A DNA stretch of 62,123 nt, the filler included, from Globobulimina sp. (Eukaryota): assembly GCA_003354225.1 (NCBI GenBank). It is 18 parts of 18 records of this genome, joined end to end, with 100 filler letters (N's around TTAATTAATTAA, not from the genome) between each part and the next. Parts side by side here need not be neighbours in the genome. Positions count along the whole stretch, not along the records: positions 44,953 to 48,308 come from PIVH01002995.1; positions 48,409 to 51,763 come from PIVH01002996.1; positions 51,864 to 55,217 come from PIVH01002997.1; positions 55,318 to 58,671 come from PIVH01002998.1; 14 more parts are not named here. One strand, given 5' to 3'. The position numbers were made by a program, and so were the translations under genes. Below, piece by piece: positions 45,405 through 58,476 of this stretch (its first letter is position 1; each line of letters opens with the position of its first letter). A model generated the notes under the pieces. That model did no database searches, was not told the DNA's origin, and saw only the letters and a program-made list of their open reading frames with translations.

Positions 45405-48308
45405 TTATTGAAATAGTTTTTCTATTTCATGCTGCTTCAAATTGGCACTTTTATCGCGTGATATATTGCCAGCAATACATTTATTATTTAAAGTCGCATC
45501 ATTATTATTATTTTCTTCTTTGTCCTTGTTGATATTCCATATTTTTTCTTCAATGCTATTTTTAATAATTAATGTATGAATTTGAACCTTTTTCTTCTGT
45601 CCCAATCTATAGACCCTATTAATTGCTTGTTTATGCAGTGCATTATTGAATGGTGGCTCTAATATAAACACATGATTTGCAGATGTCAACGTAATACCAA
45701 CCGCGCCACTTCTCACTGTCAACACAAACACTTTTACATTTGGATTATTTGAAAATTCATTCAATTGTTGTTTACGTTTATTCATCGTCATACTCCCAGT
45801 TAATGTACGATATTCAAATCCATTTTTTTTTAATTCCAAACACATCCAATTCAATGATTTAGTAAACGACGTAAATATCAACGCTTTGTCATTTGGTTTA
45901 TGTTCACGGATTTTATTCAATTCATTTATTAATACTTTTAATTTGGAATCGAATCTAATTTCTTTGCCATTACCATCAATATTGTCATCATTCCGTTTCA
46001 TTTCGTCATTATTTAATGGTGGTTTTTTCAATTGAGATATTTTTGCTTTTTTTCTACACAGTGGACATTCTGACTTATTCTGTAAAGCAGAAATAATACA
46101 TTCTGAACAAAAAATATGTCGACACTGTGTCTGCAATGGTTCATCAAAAGGACATTCAAAACAAATGGGACATTCGCCCTGCGAATCATTAAAAGCTTCG
46201 TGTTTTGCCACTGGAAATAATTGCAATTGTTTTGATTGACCGTTATATTTTCGTGTTGCATTTAATAACTCCGATTCTATACTTTGTTCACTATAAATAT
46301 TGCCTGAACATGCTTGTCGTGCTGGATGCAAAGATGATAAAATCGATATCGTTCCACGTCCAATATTTCCAATACGTTTATAATAATTAAATCTTTGTTT
46401 TGCAATTTCATATAATTTATCATAAAATGTTCTTTGTCTTTGCGTAAAATTAACAAATATTATATTTTCTTCTTTCTCTGGCAATGACACAATTGCTTTG
46501 TTGTTGAATGTTTGACATTTTTTATGTCGAATAATCAGCGATTTCATAACCATCATTAATGGAAAACATATTAGTTTATAATTATTAGGAAACAATTTTT
46601 TCTGTGAAATAGAATATAAACTTAATTTTAGTAAATGCTCTTCTTTCATTCCAACAAATTTTAATTGATTATAAATATCATATATTTGTCGGTTAAACGG
46701 CGTCCCGGTTAAACACCATTTATTTATACCTTTTAATGAATTAATATTTTTTGCTGCAGCACAATTTCCATTTTTAATATAATGAGATTCATCCAATATA
46801 ATTCGATGCCATTCAATTCGATGTAAAACATGTTTAGTAACATCATTTCCGTCTTCCTTTCCTAATATACCGTAAGTTGTAAAAACAATATCTTTATCAA
46901 TATATTTTGCTACATCTCTGGATCGTGATTTATAATATCTGTTATAATTAATGTTTCGAATACTTTTCTCATCACATTCTTTTTCCCATTGACCAACCAA
47001 AGAAAGAGGTGCTATAATTAATGTCGCCGATGATTTATACCTTTGCGGCTCGCCGTGATCTGAACTTGCAAATTTTAATTCGTTTTTGGTGCTATACGGC
47101 ATTAAATCTCTCGGTTTATTACAATTTATCAATGCTAGTGATATTATAGTTTTTCCTAAACCCATTTCTTCGCATAAAAATCCACCATGAACGGTAAGCA
47201 ATGATTTATCCAAAACTAAATTTTGAAATGTTGCCGAATAATAAAAAGGTGCGTTATCTGCAAATTTTCCTTGTTTATACAAATGACGATAAAAACCCAT
47301 CGGGTCATTCTCTTCGCGAACCATAAAATCCAATGATTGTAATTGGTATTCATGTAAGTTTACATTTAGTCCATGGTTATAACTTTGATTATTATTCATA
47401 ACAGTAATTTTGTAGTTGTCTCGACAAGCAGAGTCTAATAAACTTACCATATCCGTGTTACCATTATTTCTTATAACAGTAATTTGTTTTTGTTTTGTAT
47501 TCATAATATTATCAAATAATTGTTTTGATCCACCAAATAATGCCATAGTAGTTGGTATTTTACAGTTTAATGATTTGCTAAATTGTCCCAACCTATTGTA
47601 CCGACATATGGATACATCAAATTCAATCGCATATTTATTCAAAACGCCAAGTTCCCTCTTAATGTTTCCATCTCTTCTTTGCTTTGTTTCTTTCAATGCA
47701 ACAGTTGTGGCTTTATGCCATTCTTTTTGATATCGTTTGTGATAATTTTTGATTTGATTGATGTTATCTGAAATCTTTCGCTTTTTTAACATAACTCTTG
47801 AATATCCCGATGAGCATAACTCTTGAATACAATCAGTGCACAATTTTCTTAATTTCCTGTTGTCTTTTAAATATGGCACACTTTGAAACAATTCCAATTT
47901 TATCGATCCATCATCTAATTTTGCCGCCAAATCAGAAATTTGTGTAATGTCATCTGTCCATGTTCTAAATATTTGCGCGATTTCCAACTTGAATGTTCCA
48001 ATTAATTTCCAAGTCCAATTTTCATTTTGTGGAATATTGTTCTTACGTTCCATGCCTTCCATCAATGAGCTCGACTCAATATTACTGGTGTCAGGATTTG
48101 AATTATTAATGTTGGAATTGTTAGAGTTTGAATTGTTTGAATTCTCCGTTAAGTTATTATGCGTTTGCTCAATATTAAAATCAATTTTTCTTCGTTTATT
48201 TCTTGGTTCTCCATCAATTTCACATTCTTGTTCAACAATATCTCGCTTTCGTTTTCGATTATTGTTGTTATTTGCATTTGGATCTAATACTTCTATATCG
48301 CTGTCGTC
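45405..48308 (-). CDS. SNF2-family helicase with RING finger (Rad5/Rad16/HLTF-like), 5' truncated
   Basis: GGFLCEEMGLGKT, RIILDESH, WCLTGTP, RING CPIC...CRHIFCSEC...CPLC and QAINRVYRLGQ. Confidence 0.93.
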   Translation of the reverse strand, partial: DDSDIEVLDPNANNNNNRKRKRDIVEQECEIDGEPRNKRRKIDFNIEQTHNNLTENSNNSNSNNSNINNSNPDTSNIESSSLMEGMERKNNIPQNENWTWKLIGTFKLEIAQIFRTWTDDITQISDLAAKLDDGSIKLELFQSVPYLKDNRKLRKLCTDCIQELCSSGYSRVMLKKRKISDNINQIKNYHKRYQKEWHKATTVALKETKQRRDGNIKRELGVLNKYAIEFDVSICRYNRLGQFSKSLNCKIPTTMALFGGSKQLFDNIMNTKQKQITVIRNNGNTDMVSLLDSACRDNYKITVMNNNQSYNHGLNVNLHEYQLQSLDFMVREENDPMGFYRHLYKQGKFADNAPFYYSATFQNLVLDKSLLTVHGGFLCEEMGLGKTIISLALINCNKPRDLMPYSTKNELKFASSDHGEPQRYKSSATLIIAPLSLVGQWEKECDEKSIRNINYNRYYKSRSRDVAKYIDKDIVFTTYGILGKEDGNDVTKHVLHRIEWHRIILDESHYIKNGNCAAAKNINSLKGINKWCLTGTPFNRQIYDIYNQLKFVGMKEEHLLKLSLYSISQKKLFPNNYKLICFPLMMVMKSLIIRHKKCQTFNNKAIVSLPEKEENIIFVNFTQRQRTFYDKLYEIAKQRFNYYKRIGNIGRGTISILSSLHPARQACSGNIYSEQSIESELLNATRKYNGQSKQLQLFPVAKHEAFNDSQGECPICFECPFDEPLQTQCRHIFCSECIISALQNKSECPLCRKKAKISQLKKPPLNNDEMKRNDDNIDGNGKEIRFDSKLKVLINELNKIREHKPNDKALIFTSFTKSLNWMCLELKKNGFEYRTLTGSMTMNKRKQQLNEFSNNPNVKVFVLTVRSGAVGITLTSANHVFILEPPFNNALHKQAINRVYRLGQKKKVQIHTLIIKNSIEEKIWNINKDKEENNNNDATLNNKCIAGNISRDKSANLKQHEIEKLFQ

Positions 48309-48410
48309 NNNNNNNNNNNNNNNNNNNNNNNNNNNNNNNNNNNNNNNNNNNNTTAATTAATTAANNNNNNNNNNNNNNNNNNNNNNNNNNNNNNNNNNNN
48401 NNNNNNNNAA

Positions 48411-51400
48411 GTGCAAAAAATCAAGAAAGATATCAAACGCGGTCTACGTACAGCGGACTTATCAGATCCATTCGAAGCATTTATTCTAAGCAACAAAATA
48501 CGTTATACCAAATTCAGGGATTCATCAAAAATTTTAGGGCAAACATTTAAATGTTTAATCATACAAAATTTCGAGTCCATTACACCCAATTTATTGGCAA
48601 GGACCATAGAGACGGTGGCTGGTGGCGGTTTAATCATATTTTTGTTAGAAACCATTATGTCATTAAAACAGTTATACACAATGTCTATGGATGTGCATAA
48701 ACGTTTTCGTACGCCATCGCACAGTCTGATTATACCTCGTTTCAATGAGCGATTTACATTATCTTTGGCTGATTGTACCAACTGTTTGATCGCCGACGAT
48801 GAGCTAAATATATTACCCATCACCTCCTATTCCACACAATTACTGAAAGCAAAGAAAGACCGCGATTGTAAGGAGAGTGATGCTAAAAGTGAGCAATTGG
48901 AGGAATTAAAAGATAAATTAAGAGATACCAAACCCATTGGCGATATTATCAATTTATGTTTAACCGTCGATCAAGCAAAGGCTGTGTTAATTTTCTTGGA
49001 AGCAATCGCAGCGAAAACACTATCAAGCACTGTCATTTTAACTGCCGCGAGAGGCAGAGGAAAATCAGCGGCATTGGGCTTAGCCATCGCAGGTAAGCTC
49101 CACTCAAAGTTTTTTTTACATTTTTAAGGTTTAACCATGTCCACTTTTAACTAAATAATACCAGGTGCCATATCACTACAATATGCAAATATATTCGTCA
49201 CCAGTCCCACTCCCGAAAATTTAAAAACATTATTCGAGATTGCATTGAATGGTCTGGAAGCATTGGGATATAAAGAACACATCGACTATGAAATAATTCA
49301 ATCGACCAATGCCGCCTTTAACCGTGCCATTGTCCGTCTAAATATCTTTAAAAATCACCGCCAAACCGTACAATATATCCAACCCTGCGACGCCATTAAA
49401 TTATCATCGGCAGAATTATTAATCGTCGACGAAGCGGCCGCCATTCCACTGCCCACCGTTAAGAAACTAATGGGCCCATACTTAGTATTCTTGTCCTCCA
49501 CAGTCAACGGCTACGAAGGTACGGGGCGCTCATTGTCGTTGAAATTGGTGAATAATTTGCGTAAACAAAGCATCAAATCGCACAAAAATACCAATACCAA
49601 TGAAAATGGACGCAGATTACGAGAGATTTCCTTAGAAGAAGCTATCCGATACGCGGACGGCGACCCCATTGAATTGTGGTTGAATGACTTGTTATGTCTG
49701 AATTGTTGCAGTGAATACAATGTCAACAGTCGCATAAATGTGTCCCTGTCGTTAGCATACCATCCGGATCCAGAAGGATGTGAACTATATTATGTCAATC
49801 GAGACTCGTTATTCTCATACAACACAATCAGTGAACATTTCCTACAAAGCATGATGTCGTTGTATGTCTCGTCGCATTATAAAAACCAGCCGAATGATTT
49901 ACAATTAATATCCGACGCGCCGGCACATCAATTATTTGTTTTATTGCCGCCGCAGCATAGTCAACGTAATACGCAGAGTGCGGAGAAGTTGATCCCCGAC
50001 ATTCTATGCGTGATTCAGTGTTGTTTTGAGGGGAATTTGAGCAAAAAAATCGTCAAAACCGGCCTATTGCAGGGCAAACGCATGGACGGTGACCTAATTC
50101 CATGGGTAATGAGCCAGCAATTTCAAGACGATGATTTTGCGAAGTTATCCGGTGTGCGGATTGTGCGAATTGCGACCCATCCACATATACAAAGCATGGG
50201 CTATGGCACCAAAGCGTTGTCTTTGTTGATCAAATACTTTGAGGGCAAAATCGTAGACCTCGATGAGATCACAGAGCCACCGGCGAAGAAAAGAAAGATT
50301 GATGCCGCCGATGGAGGGCTTAAAGTGAGGGACAATTTGCCCGTCTTATTGATGAATGTCAGTCAGCGCAGAGCAGAGAGGCTGCATTGGATCGGTGTCT
50401 CTTACGGGTTAACTTTGCAGTTATTTAAGTTTTGGAAACGAAACGAGTTTAAACCCGTTTATCTGCGGCAAGTCGCCAATGAAGTGACTGGCGAACATAG
50501 TTGTATTATGATACGGACATTGAGCAATAATGAAGTATTGAATAAGGTCAATTGGATTAACTCATTCAGCATTGACTTTAGCCGCCGGTTCGAGTATTTA
50601 TTGGCGTATAACTTCCGACATTTAGACATTATCACTGCTTTAAGTGTATTCAACCCAAAAGAAACATTATTGGAAAATAATAAGAAACTGTTCAAAAACC
50701 TTAAAGCTTCGGATGAAAAATCAAATGTGATCAGCTATGACGAGATAATGCTAATATTTAGCGATTGGGATTTAAAACGGTTTGAAACGTATAATAAAAA
50801 CCTAATTAATGTCAATTTGATTAAGGATATGATTCCGAAACTGTGTCATTTGTTTTTTAATAATAAGTTCGAAGGGAAGTTACAATTAAATTATAGTCAA
50901 TGTGCTATTTTGTTAGGCATTGGGTTTCAGAAAAAAAGCATTGAAGAGATCTGTGCGGAATTAAGTATTATTAAACAACAAAGCATTTCCATGTTGAATA
51001 AGTCCGTCCGCAAAATTTATAGTTTTATTCATCAGGTTATTTGTGACCATATTCAGGAGTATGAGATTGCGCCGCTATATGACAATAAGGGGAAGAAGGC
51101 GATGGATATAAATCCAAATACAATGTTTGACCCAATGGTGAAATTAAAGGATGAATTGAAAAAAATTGGGCGTAAGAAAAAAAAAGAAGAGAGGTTGGGT
51201 GCTTTGAGTAATTATGTTCCATCGTCAATATCGATTAGAAAGGAAAGTCGATTGGTGACCATGCCAAAGACGCAAAACCCAAATACCATCGACCCGCAAC
51301 ATTTTCAAAATCAAGATAGAGCGAAAGGAATTAATCCCAACGATAGGTTCCATTGGAACAGAGAGCGTAGAGAGAAAAAGAAAAAGAGGAAGAAAAGTAA

Positions 51401-51503
51401 AAAACAAAGAGAATCAAAAGTATTGGAGGTATGGAAAGCAAATAGGAATAGAAATAAAACAAAACAGCAAAAACATAGGGAAACCTATTTTTGTAATCAA
51501 TAA
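48411..51503 (+). CDS. NAT10: RNA cytidine acetyltransferase (5' truncated), 2 exons
   Basis: TPNLLARTIETV, TAARGRGKSAALGL, GYEGTGRSLSLKL, SSHYKNQPNDLQL and RIVRIATHP. Intron 49093-49164. Confidence 0.96.
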
Positions 51504-51904
51504 GACATCAATTCAAATATTATTCAATTGTAATCACGTGATTGTAATTGTTGTACATGTGACATTTCTGATTTTAATATGATATTAATTAATAATACCG
51601 CGTTTGCTCTCAGACGCGAAAAACAGATGCACCAAAAACTAGTACACTAGGAACTTGTTTTGAGATTTGTGAAATAGGATTGTGTAATTTACCATAATTA
51701 TCAGCTATACCATAACTTTGCGCTATCGAGTTAATATTTGGCACATGATCTAATAATATCATCNNNNNNNNNNNNNNNNNNNNNNNNNNNNNNNNNNNNN
51801 NNNNNNNTTAATTAATTAANNNNNNNNNNNNNNNNNNNNNNNNNNNNNNNNNNNNNNNNNNNNCGGGATAATAAACGTATATATATGCATTCAATGAAAC
51901 GTAG

Positions 51905-52243
51905 CTATCGATAATAAAAGCTTTGTACATGTCCTTCTGGGTCAATATTTTGTGGGATTTGTTTCTCTTCTATGTTCATTGCGTGTTTCTGGTTTATTCT
52001 TTGTATATACTCTATATCTGAATCATCCAATGGCCGAAATGACTTTCGTTGAGTATCTTGTGGCAAATAAATAGCTAAAAATCCAAATAGTATGACAAAA
52101 CCAATGATTATAATAGAAATGAGATGGTTTATGGTTAAACTCTTTAGAAACTTATCTGAGTTTGCTATTATAATATGCGGGTGGATGTTATTCAATTTTT
52201 GTCGAAATCTATGGGTTTTTTTCCTTCTTTTGTTGAGTAGCAT
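51905..52243 (-). CDS. Type II membrane protein, first exon/fragment
   Basis: Basic N-terminus followed by a single TM helix; runs toward the contig end. Confidence 0.4.
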   Translation of the reverse strand: MLLNKRRKKTHRFRQKLNNIHPHIIIANSDKFLKSLTINHLISIIIIGFVILFGFLAIYLPQDTQRKSFRPLDDSDIEYIQRINQKHAMNIEEKQIPQNIDPEGHVQSFYYR

Positions 52244-52390
52244 AGAACTTTACTGATGTTTATTTGGACAAAAAACGTTAGCTTCCAAATGCAAAAAACA
52301 TTTGCTTTTTTTTTGTTGGAGTGCTAAACTATAACTATAGCTTTAATCGTTTTATATAATTACATTTCCAAAGTCAATACAAATATAATA

Positions 52391-53603
52391 TCAATAGTTT
52401 GAAGCAGAAATATTGAAGTGGTTATTTTGAAACTGACACAACAAATTTGTAAACATCATTAATATCCAATACCGCATAGTCGCATTTTTCTGTTTCAATG
52501 AATCCGTAGCATTGGTTAAAAAACTTTGAATATATTTATTAAAAAATGGAGGCCGCAATAAATACAATAACCAATATTTCCGTCTTCGCGACAATTCGCT
52601 TCTTTGTCGTTTCGTAACAATCACCGATGAAAAATGCATCATTTGAGAATAAATATCCATAATCAATGAGACCAAGAACGGATACCATGACATTCCGCCA
52701 AATTGCAAAAACGATGCCACATAAATAACTGGCCGTATTATATACAAAATCTCCGCAAATATAGTCCTTTTTAGCGCCGTGCCCTTCCTCGTGGGATATT
52801 TGACTTTATGCAATGTCACATGTGCCATCAATTGAGAATTATCCACCAATTCCTGTTGTTTTTGTGATAACGGCGACCAAAATCCATTTGGATCTGCACC
52901 GCGTCCATGTTCCACATACATCTTTTGCAAATTTGAATATTTATTGTCGGTGGATTCGGTTTGTTTTATCCGTTCATTGTATTTCATTTCATCGTCGTCT
53001 TGCATTATTAACATATGTCCGTTGAAATAAAATAATAAATATAAGCGACATAACATTCTGTGTATTTATAATAGAGTGAGAGTGCAAGGATATTAATTAT
53101 TGCCCAAATCAGCAGATTAGGGTTTTTAACTTTATAAATTCAATAATTAGTACAAGTTTCCATCGGTTCTGATTGGATAAGTTTTTGATGGCTAATAATT
53201 CTACAAATAGCTGCATGTGTTGCAATAACTGGACAAACGTTTTTATATTTTGCACGGATAAGTTCTCTTTGCCGCAACATACGGTTGTCGCGGATTCCTC
53301 GTTTAAGGCTCTATCGTTTAAGGTTTGTAAGACCAGACCTAATCCGTACACAAATTCACCAATCTCCCCAGAATCGCCCCATCTGCCGGGTAAGAAAAAA
53401 GATATTTTAGTCAATGCGTCCTCACAAAAACGCATCCATTTTTTGTTGTGCTCTACATAGCGTTTAAAGACTTCCCATCGGTTCGATGTTTTTCCGGTAA
53501 TATAATTGAATGGCTTCTCGTACAATACTTCTTTTACTTTGTCCATTAATTGTTGTATTTGTGGATTTAATTGGTTTTGGGTAAAGGGAATTCGATTCGC
53601 CAT
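52391..53603 (-). CDS. PEX16: Peroxisomal membrane protein Pex16, 2 exons
   Basis: FFLPGRWGDS, AEILYIIRPVIY and ELSRRRKYWLLYLLRPPFF. Intron 53058-53130 joins in phase. Confidence 0.88.
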
Positions 53604-53736
53604 TCACTGACAAAAAAAAACTGAGTGGAGGTTGTTATAATTTAAAAAATTAAAATTAATTAAAATTAAACATGCATTTTACATTTTACAATTTACACAA
53701 GTGACAAGTCTCAAAATACAAAACAAATGGATCAAT

Positions 53737-54633
53737 TCACCAATCAACCTGATAATTTACATGATGCGACCCGATGCCGCAAAAACATGAAACGATAATA
53801 AACAATGAACGGTATCTCGAGTATGCATCCGCCAAAAATATCAGCGAATACAAGACAGCAACGATATCGCATCCGCAACAAATAGCTAATGGCACATTGA
53901 TTTCCATGGGGGATTGGGCTATGAACATAAAAAATAGAAAGTTTACAGTGCAGAAAAGATAGGAAAGCCATATTAATGAAGCAGTCTTAGCACCCATTGC
54001 AATTCTATCTGGTTCTACGTGCGACGGTATTTCTGTGGTACTACATGCTGTGTAATACGTAACTAATAAATGTGAATGCCACACATGTAACACCAATGGA
54101 ATAAACAATAAAAGTGCTAATGGTGCTGATGTACTATGTTCTAAATCCACAGTGATCATAGAACAAAAATAAACAATAATCCACACATTTTTGTACGTAT
54201 ACAGTGATTTGATTCCTAATACTTTGAGAATAATGGTTTGGTTTATATTGGCTGCTGTAGCTCTTTCTGGCAAACTACCCATAGCACGCAGTAGAGTAAG
54301 ATGAAGACGTATTTGTCCAAGATTACCTTCCTCTAAATCTGATACACTCAAATCAGCTTTGCATAGTGGACAATTAGGAGGTAGATGCCGTTCAATTTGC
54401 TCAACAGACCAACGGTCGATGCAATTTACATGGAATTTATGACCGCAATGTGACAATATTTTGGTTTGTATGACAGTGTCAAGTGGTTCCCAACAAATGG
54501 GACAAATATGTTTCGTTTCATCTGACTCTATTTCTGACAATGATAATGATATCGGATTTTCAGTTTGCTGATTAATTTCAATTGCTTCTGATAAACCTTT
54601 GTCAACAACGATTTGCATCTGATTGGAATTCAT
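53737..54633 (-). CDS. RING-H2 E3 ligase with C-terminal TM helices
   Basis: CPICW...CGHKFHVNCIDRW...CPLC followed by about 4 hydrophobic helices. Confidence 0.85.
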   Translation of the reverse strand: MNSNQMQIVVDKGLSEAIEINQQTENPISLSLSEIESDETKHICPICWEPLDTVIQTKILSHCGHKFHVNCIDRWSVEQIERHLPPNCPLCKADLSVSDLEEGNLGQIRLHLTLLRAMGSLPERATAANINQTIILKVLGIKSLYTYKNVWIIVYFCSMITVDLEHSTSAPLALLLFIPLVLHVWHSHLLVTYYTACSTTEIPSHVEPDRIAMGAKTASLIWLSYLFCTVNFLFFMFIAQSPMEINVPLAICCGCDIVAVLYSLIFLADAYSRYRSLFIIVSCFCGIGSHHVNYQVDW

Positions 54634-55504
54634 TTGTAAGATATTTTTGAGTTAATTTCAATGGTAATTATAATTATGAAATTACTGTATGATTTATATG
54701 AAATCAGCAGCTGCAACTATTAAAGAGCATGAGGTGTTGCATCATATTTTTTCAAATTAAACTACTGCATCGATCATGCCCTGAGCAATGATTTTGCATT
54801 TAATATGTTGTGACAATTTAATATGGAAAGTTTGTCATGATGCATCAGAACATCTGGTTAGTGGTTACCGCTTTCACTGATATAAGAAGCAGTATCTATA
54901 TATCTGTTTTTCAGACTCGGTATACTGTACAATAAAAAGTCAGGATTTGTGTATGAGGTTTATGGATGTTGCCATATGGTGCATGTGCCTGTGGAGATGT
55001 TATTCAATGTAAAAATTGTAATACGTAGTTTAAATTGTGTATGTTTATAAATTAGTACAGATTACAAAAAAAATAATAATTAATAATTGTCGCTAAAAAC
55101 AACGCAACTTGTAATAAAGTATTAAATTGTGTATATGTAAATGCACTTGAACTGCCTGCTGTGGCTGTGGCTGTTTTATATAAAGTTGGATAATTTAATA
55201 TGTGTATATAATTCCAANNNNNNNNNNNNNNNNNNNNNNNNNNNNNNNNNNNNNNNNNNNNTTAATTAATTAANNNNNNNNNNNNNNNNNNNNNNNNNNN
55301 NNNNNNNNNNNNNNNNNACAACAATTGAACAAACAAAATGAACCAAACTTAAAAGAGATTCATCAAGCATTGAAATCAAATATAAATTAAAATCAAATTT
55401 AGCATAACATTCAGGTAGTTTATAGTTTATATTTTAAGATCGAGCTGCATTGACAAATGAAAAGTTATCAATTGAATGTGGTGACTGAATTAGACAATTA
55501 GTCA

Positions 55505-56365
55505 TTAGCATATACGACAAGAGTCACAATGCGCCTCTTTATTGCGCAGTGATAGAATGGCTGCAGGTAAGTCCTTTGGTATCTTTATCCATTGAATTTG
55601 ATGAATATCAAAAGGAACAGCATCCGCACGAATGTAATATCCATCAATAAAGCGAATCGGAATACATTGCCAAAAATTAAATTCAGCGCTGATGCGCTTT
55701 GTACGGCCGGACTCAATCCAAAGGAACTCATTTTTTAAAGCATTCTCGATAACCTCTTGTAAGCTACTTGGATCACCTCGATATTCCGGATAATCCCAAA
55801 TTTGATGACTATTTGGATAAACATCAAGCGCATTCAATGTATGTGGTATGCTGGGATTTGGAAATCTCAATGTTTGTTTTACCTCTTGTGAACCACCAAA
55901 AAATAATGTAAAGTCTTCGGAGAATAAGCCACTTTGCCAACCATTATTAACAAGCAGTTTAGAGATAATTCGAGCATCTTTGATAATATTTGCTTTGATC
56001 TTTAAGTAAACAACTTGTTGGCCGCAATGTCCTATCGGACTTACAGGAAATGGTTGTCTTTGCGGAATAGCTGTCGTATAAATAAAGTTCTTATTATAAT
56101 TAATCTGTTTGCTGAGAAATGGTGGATTCTTTAATAATTTAGTAAATTTACCAGATTTTTCCAATAATGCACGTGATGGCCATCCCTTAAATTCAGCCAT
56201 AATTTCTAAAATATCAGTTTCTGAATCACCGTACGTGTATGATTCACAGTGAGTAATAAAAAAATCTAATCGTGGTTCAGATTGTTGGATGTATTCGATT
56301 GATAACATCAATAAAATTATTTTGATTTGTTTCATTATTGATGAAAACAGAATGTTTTGCGGCAC
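55505..56365 (-). CDS. Hypothetical, possibly secreted protein
   Basis: 286-aa ORF; MKQIKIILLMLSI is signal-peptide-like. Confidence 0.55.
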   Translation of the reverse strand: MPQNILFSSIMKQIKIILLMLSIEYIQQSEPRLDFFITHCESYTYGDSETDILEIMAEFKGWPSRALLEKSGKFTKLLKNPPFLSKQINYNKNFIYTTAIPQRQPFPVSPIGHCGQQVVYLKIKANIIKDARIISKLLVNNGWQSGLFSEDFTLFFGGSQEVKQTLRFPNPSIPHTLNALDVYPNSHQIWDYPEYRGDPSSLQEVIENALKNEFLWIESGRTKRISAEFNFWQCIPIRFIDGYYIRADAVPFDIHQIQWIKIPKDLPAAILSLRNKEAHCDSCRIC

Positions 56366-56492
56366 AATCCTTTAACGATATATTCCAAAAGTTGTATACA
56401 TTCGATTCAATTATCTGAGAAACTTAGGGGAGGTTATTTTTTTTGTATTTTTTTTGAGTTAAAAACCTCCTGTACACCATTAACAAGAAAGA

Positions 56493-58476
56493 ATGGACAT
56501 TGCATTTGAATTTTCAAGGAAAAGAAAAGAATTCGGGAAGCATCCCAATTTTAGCGATTCAGGACCAATCGAGCTAATAAATATTGAGCCAAGCACAGAA
56601 TTTGAGAACCAATGGGAAGTTCGACCATCAACGGAAATTGAGATTGATTGCATTCCCGTTATGGCTGAGCATGAAATAAACACCGAAAGGTATATTGCAG
56701 TTGACACAGGAATGCAGCATAAAGAGGGCGGATGGCCAAAACAGATAAATACCGAAGAATTTGAAGATAAAAAACGTTATTTAAGGAAAATCGAAATGGA
56801 CGATACTTTTAATACAATTGTATTGGGACTAACAAAAAGAGTGCAAGCCAGAGTTAAACAAAATAACTCCATCAATATGTTTGAAGAATACTTTGCAAAC
56901 CAAACCGATGACCATTCTGCGGAACCGCCGTCGGCTAAAACTATCACCATTTTTAAGTACACAAATACCCAAATATACAAATATACATTTCGGAAAAACA
57001 AAACCCAAAACAAATAAAATCTATGAAAGGGATCCAAGCAAGAAAACCCGCCCAGTTTCGCGTGTTTGTTGGCATCCGGATTCATCATATCGTATAGCCT
57101 CCGTTCACTGTGATTTGTCCTTCGAAGCAATGAATATGGTCTCCTGTCAATCGTCGCTGATTCAGTCAGAATTATTAGATTCGTATATTTGGGATATTAC
57201 CAATCCAAACCGTCCGTATTATACTATAAAACCTGTGTCGCCAATCTGCTGTATATCATTTAACAAGAAACATAGCGATTCGTTTGTTTGTGGCAGTTAC
57301 AACGGCATTTTGGGGGTTTGGGACCTGCGGAAATCTGGAAATAAATGTGTAGAATCCACAGTGATTGAAAAAACACATTCTGATCCTATCTATGATGTGG
57401 AATGGATACAATCCCGCACTGGAACAGAATTTGTATCCGTATCCACCGATGGTGTTATTTGTTGGTGGGATGCGCGAAAACTGAGTACAGGCCCCATGGA
57501 TCAAATGATTTTATGCAATGATAGCTATGAGTCCTCATCAAATAGTTCCAGTAATTCATCTGAAATTGCAGATGGCAGTAAATCCGAATTGCGTAAAATT
57601 TTATATGGTGGCACGTCATTAGAATATCGAACCGATGCCGGGGCCACCAAATATTTGGTGGGTACGGAGCAGGGCACAATAATTTCAGTGGAACGCAAAG
57701 CAAAGAAAGATGGCGATTCGCAGAAACAAATTAAATTAATTTATGGTGAATCAGCTAAAACTGAAGAAAAAAACGAGTCGTTTAAACATCACGGTCCAAT
57801 TTATTCATGTTCGCGAAATTACTTCTTACCAAAATGTATATTATCTGTTGGTGATTGGATGGCAAAAATATGGACGGAAGATGTCAAAACCCCAATAATG
57901 TCAACCCGCTACGAATCACATTACTTAACATCGGGTATATGGTCGCCAACGCGGCCCGGCGTGTTTTATGTGACGAAGGAAAATGGCGAATTGGATATTT
58001 GGGATTATTATTATAAGGGACAGTTTGAACCGGCATATACTGTTAAAATATCGGAGCAATACTCATTGTCGGATGTTAAAGTGTGCCCAAAATCGCAAGG
58101 CAGATTTGTTGGCGTTGGCTGTGCCGATGGCAGTGTCACTGTGTTGGAACTTTGTAATTCGTTGTATCAATCTACAAATTTAAATAGCGAAAAACAAGCA
58201 ATTACGCAATTATTTGAAAGAGAGACGAACCGAGAAAAGGGATTACAAGCTGCGAAATTGGCGCAGCAAAGAGCTAGAAAACAAATACAAGCGAAAAGGG
58301 TGGCAGCTAATAAAAAAGTTGCAAAGAAAGAAGAAAAGAAAGAAGAAACCAAAGCATTTGATTTGGCTGATTTCAGTTTGGTTGAAAATGATTTTTTAAG
58401 TTTTATCAGTAAAAATAAACCAAAAAAAGCAAAGCAAAATGAAAAGGAAAATTCTCAAATAGCTGGCAATCAATAA
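56493..58476 (+). CDS. DNAI2: Axonemal outer-arm dynein intermediate chain 2 (IC70/ODA6-like, WD40), 2 exons
   Basis: HKEGGWPK, KQNNSINMFEEYF, KYLVGTEQG, HHGPIY and WSPTRPGVF. Intron 56957-57029. Confidence 0.92.
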
